Below, piece after piece: positions 62,501 to 64,000 of a stretch of 64,000 nucleotides of DNA (position 1 is the stretch's first letter; every line of letters begins with the position of its first letter). The translations under genes and the position numbers were made by a program. Where the stretch lies: contig CM120640.1 of the NCBI GenBank assembly GCA_051362555.1, forward strand, positions 30,213,967-30,277,966. Direction: 5' to 3'. Under the pieces are notes generated by a model. It did not search any database. It was not told the origin of the DNA and saw only the letters and a program-made list of their open reading frames with translations. Source of the stretch: Lingula anatina. Taxonomy: Eukaryota; Animalia; Brachiopoda.

Positions 62501-64000
62501 AAGTTTTGTCACTCTATTTGTTTGTAATCATTACTATTACTCTGCATGATGGTGTTGTCAGTGTATCTCTATGTGTCTCTTTATATTCTGTGTGCTGTGT
62601 CTATTCTGTATTGTTACTGAATATGTTTCTACATTATGAGATGACTGTGTACAACTTTGTTTTCAATCTTTTTCGTTGTGTTCATTCTTATTACAATGAA
62701 TGTTATTGTTCTCACTGTACATGTGAATTTTTTTCTAATCACTGTGTATGTCTGTTTTGTGACTGTTTTTGTTTTTATTTATTTTGGTTACTGTGCATGT
62801 TTGTGTTGTCACTGTTCGTGTTTGTATTTATTGTGAGCACTGTGTATGTCAGTTGTTTTACTCTATTTGTTTGTAATCATTACCATTACTCTGCATAATG
62901 GATCTGTCAATATATGTCTGTGTCTGTTTATATGCTGTTTGCTGTTTCTATTCTGTATTGTTACTGAATGTGTTTGTTCATATCGAGATGACTGTTTACG
63001 ACTTCGTTTTCACTCTTTTACCTTGTGTTCTTGTCATTATGGTGAATGTCATTGTTGTCACTGTACATGTGAAATTTTTTTCTAATCACTGTTTCTGTTT
63101 TATGACTGTGTTTGTTTGTATTTATTTTGATTACTGTGTTTGTTGGTGTTGTTACTGTTGATGTTTGTATTTATTGTGAACACTGTGTATAACAGTTTTG
63201 TCACTCTATTTGTTTGTAATCATTACTATTACTGTGCATGATGGTGTTGTCAATATATGTCTTTGTGTCTGTTTATATGCTGTTTCCTGTTTCTATTCTG
63301 CATTGTTATTGAATGTGTTTGTTCATATCGAGATGACTGTTTACGCCTTCGTTTTCACTCTTTTAACTTGTGTTCTTGTCATTAAGGTGAATGTTACTGT
63401 TGACCCTGTACGTTTCAAATTTTTTTACTCTTTTTCCTTGTGTTCATTCTCATTATGGTAAATGTCATTGTTGTCACTGTACATGTGAATTTTTTTTCTA
63501 ATCACTGTGTTTCTGTTTTGTGACTGTGTTTGTTTGTATTTATTTTGATTACTGTGTTTGTTGGTGTTGTTACTGTTGATGTTTGTATTTATTGTGGGCA
63601 CTGTGTATGTCAGTTTTTTTACTCTATTTGTTTGTAATCATTACCATTACTCTGCATGATGGTGTTGTCAATATATGTCTATGTGTCTGTTTATGTGCTG
63701 TTTGCTATTTCTATTCTGTATTATTACTGAATGTGTTTGTTCATATCGAGATGAATGTTTACGACTTCGTTTTTACTCTTTTTCTTTGTGTTCATTCTTA
63801 TTATCGTAAATGTTACTGTTGTCACTGTACAAGTGAAATTTGTTTCTCATTACTGTTTGTCTGTATTTTCACTGTTTTTGTTTTTATTTATTTTGGTTAC
63901 TGTGCATGTTTGTGTTGTCACTGTTCATGTTTGTATATATTGTGACCACTGTGTATGTAAGTTTTGTCACTCTATTTGTTTGTAATCATTACTATTACTC
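41540..64000. repeat. Large T/G-rich satellite, ~350-bp monomer built from short tgttgtcactg-type subrepeats, with higher-order duplications; runs off window
   Basis: Marker gtatgtcagttttgt(c/t)actctatttgtttgtaatcattactattactctgcatgatgg recurs near 44788, 45135, 45485, 45834 and onward; longer duplications at offsets ~1121, ~1290, ~1457, ~5287, ~7475. Confidence 0.96.
53688..53800. other. ~110-bp non-satellite insert amplified within the satellite (copies at 53688, 55985, 57275, 58975, 61160)
   Basis: acgtaattttaactaattaac...atagagggacctttcaataaaagcagccgctaccggccaaattttgaacacc in five near-identical copies at the same monomer position. Confidence 0.9.

Noticed and set aside
41571-63985. Hydrophobic V/C/F-rich ORFs resembling membrane proteins
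   Set aside because: Artefact of the T/G-rich satellite strand; they overlap in all frames and break at random.

Overview
AT-rich eukaryotic (invertebrate-like, possibly mollusc) repetitive DNA with no recognisable intact host gene. The first 35.4 kb is one giant inverted repeat: 1..~18508 mirrors ~18623..35417 around a ~114-bp spacer, and the left arm runs off the window. Each arm is a nested series of modules, listed from the outside in: ~190-bp and ~170-bp degenerate repeats, small MITEs, an ~870-900-bp satellite with (TA)n, six ~352-bp units each carrying an inward-pointing tRNA-like Pol III cassette, and a 22/33-bp polypurine/polypyrimidine minisatellite core whose strand bias flips at the axis. 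Two decayed Tc1 (DD34E) transposons sit in the ~880-bp satellite, one per arm, both in + orientation, so they inserted independently. Beyond the palindrome are a Helentron/HINE-like insertion, hAT remnants and a >22-kb T/G-rich satellite (~350-bp monomer, higher-order repeats, a recurrent ~110-bp foreign insert). That satellite is related to sequence inside the palindrome arms. Nearly all supplied ORFs are repeat artefacts. All comparisons were made by eye; no alignments or database searches were run.
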